DNA from: Deltaproteobacteria bacterium
GTDB lineage: Bacteria > Desulfobacterota > GWC2-55-46 > JAJCZF01
DNA: 64,000 nt
Direction of reading: 5' to 3'
Assembly (NCBI GenBank): GCA_029262535.1
Contig: JAJCZF010000061.1
Location: 2,778-66,777 of the forward strand
The position numbers and the translations under genes are program-made. The notes under the pieces were generated by a model. It was given only the letters and a program-made list of their open reading frames with translations, ran no database searches and was not told the origin of the DNA. Numbering within the stretch: the stretch's first letter is position 1; each line of letters begins with the position of its first letter. Below are positions 62,958 through 64,000 of this stretch, piece by piece.

Positions 62958-63002
62958 TTGATAAAGCTCGTCTATCATACTATAATGTAGAATTGCTTTC
63001 AA
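62958..63002. promoter_or_regulatory. overlapping divergent sigma70-like promoters
   Basis: Plus strand: TTGATA (62958-62963), 17 nt, TATAAT (62981-62986). Minus strand: TTGAAA (complement of 62997-63002), 17 nt, TATGAT (complement of 62974-62979). Confidence 0.5.
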
Positions 63003-63114
63003 TGGGCCATAATCGCCCGTAGAGGCTCTTCCGGTTTCAAGTTTTTCACCCGGAAAACAAATCTAAGAATAAATAGGCTTCCCCCCTTACCCGGCAGGAG
63101 GTTCTGGAGAATAT

Positions 63115-63618
63115 ATGGCGACACTGCAAAGGACTATAATTATAGAAAGACCCCCGGAGAGGGTCTGGCATCGCCTTGCCGTTTTTGGCGACATCGAAAG
63201 GTGGTCGCCGAACGCCGTAAAGTCGCGCCTCACGACGAAGCTCAAAAAGAGAAAGACCATCGGGGTGGGCACGGAGCGTACCGTAAACCACGTCTCCGAA
63301 AATACAGTGACTCACGTTATCACAAAGTGGGACGAAGGCCGTTCCTTCACCTTTGAATTAAAGGGTGCCTTCGGCCCCATGAAGCGTTTGGTCGAGTGTT
63401 GGTCTATCAAACCCTCCGGCAACGACACACAGGTCACGGTCACGGTCTCCTACAAGATAAAGGTCCCGATCATAGGTATTATAATGGACAGGTTTATGTT
63501 TATGAGCCACATGAATACAGAACTCACCATAGCCCTTGCCGGATTGAAGCATAACCTCGAAACCGGTGAGGTCGTCGGCACCGACTATAAGGACCTGCCG
63601 ACAAGCGCGGTTAAGTAA
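63115..63618 (+). CDS. SRPBCC (START/Bet v1-like, polyketide cyclase/dehydrase family) protein
   Basis: TIIIERPPERVWHRLAVFGDIERWSP is a typical SRPBCC N-terminus. GGAG lies 6 nt upstream of the ATG. Confidence 0.7.
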   Translation: MATLQRTIIIERPPERVWHRLAVFGDIERWSPNAVKSRLTTKLKKRKTIGVGTERTVNHVSENTVTHVITKWDEGRSFTFELKGAFGPMKRLVECWSIKPSGNDTQVTVTVSYKIKVPIIGIIMDRFMFMSHMNTELTIALAGLKHNLETGEVVGTDYKDLPTSAVK

Positions 63619-63622
63619 ACAT

Positions 63623-64000
63623 ATGCAGATGCTTGACGACGACATAAACCTGGCCGCCAAGGTCCACTACAGCTTCATACCCGACGGCTTTGAAAACGAT
63701 AAACTGGATATCGCCATAACGTCGCGCCCCCTGCGTAAGCTCGGCGGAGACTATTGTTCGGTAATGCCTGTCGGCGACGATAGGTTTGTTATTTGTATAT
63801 GCGACGCGACCGGACACGGCGTCGCCGCGGCGCTCTATTCGGCGCGAGTAAATACATTCGTGCTTACTCACGCCATTAAGAGTACCTGCCCGTGCGACCT
63901 GGTTCAGAGCCTCAACGATTACCTCTGCAGGCGTCTAATCGGAACCGGCATATATACGACATTCGCCACGGCATATATCGATACAAAAGATATGCATCTG
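63623..64000 (+). CDS. SpoIIE/PP2C-family serine phosphatase, N-terminal 126 codons (continues beyond the window)
   Basis: My own translation: MQMLDDDINLAAKVHYSFIPDGF...LGGDYCSVMPVGDDRFVICICDATGHGVAAALYSARVN. It shows the GGDY...D(A/V)(T/S)GHGV metal-binding motifs. The frame is open to base 64000. Confidence 0.75.
   Translation, partial: MQMLDDDINLAAKVHYSFIPDGFENDKLDIAITSRPLRKLGGDYCSVMPVGDDRFVICICDATGHGVAAALYSARVNTFVLTHAIKSTCPCDLVQSLNDYLCRRLIGTGIYTTFATAYIDTKDMHL

Noticed and set aside
1-64000. CRISPR arrays, tRNA/rRNA genes, IS elements, integrases, prophage or toxin-antitoxin modules
   Set aside because: I inspected all intergenic regions by eye. There are no regularly spaced direct repeats, no cloverleaf-compatible sequences with a T-loop, and no transposase- or integrase-like translations in the ORF track. 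Without tools, absence cannot be guaranteed for short RNAs.

Overview
This is a gene-dense 64-kb chromosomal segment with about 63 CDS, and convergent genes often abut or overlap. It looks like an uncultured diderm bacterium. I recognised no rRNA, tRNA, CRISPR array, transposase or integrase. Layout, left to right. (1) thrS, partial. (2) 1.5-15.1 kb: a block of TPR-bearing polytopic membrane proteins. It holds a membrane/spermidine-synthase-fold/TPR fusion and six full-length paralogues of a TMTC-like membrane domain fused to TPRs (TMTC = eukaryotic protein O-mannosyltransferase, GT-C type). A Dpm1/Alg5-like polyprenyl-phosphate glycosyltransferase is embedded in the array. (3) 15.5-21.8 kb: a YejABEF/Opp-type ABC importer. 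(4) rpoZ-gmk-yicC-DUF4416-hldA. (5) 25.4-43.2 kb: an LPS inner-core/heptose super-cluster. It contains six GT9 genes including waaC- and waaF-like, gmhB, two GT4, two Kdo/WaaP-type kinases, two to three methyltransferases (two clear class I enzymes plus one weak FkbM-like call), an ArnC-like GT2 with a UPF0104 membrane protein and an untracked Trm112-like ORF, and a tandem sulfotransferase pair. (6) A PfkB kinase, a methyltransferase and an ArsS-type radical SAM enzyme. (7) hisIE and a HIT protein. (8) A stand-alone TM+TPR module, a Fic-fold protein with a degenerate active site, an AT-rich ORF-free gap, and a seventh TMTC-like paralogue with a decayed TPR tail. (9) rlmB, and a C39-like lipoprotein peptidase with a small membrane protein. 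(10) DUF507 x2, DUF445, thiD and a methyltransferase. (11) A REC-PAS-GAF-PAS-PAS protein, radC, SPFH/NfeD, a UDG-fold protein, SRPBCC, and a partial SpoIIE/PP2C. The best candidate for an undescribed system is the TMTC-like/TPR paralogue array with its own lipid-linked sugar donor synthase. It could be a multi-enzyme periplasmic protein or envelope O-glycosylation system. All calls come from reading the translations and DNA by eye; no database search or folding program was run.
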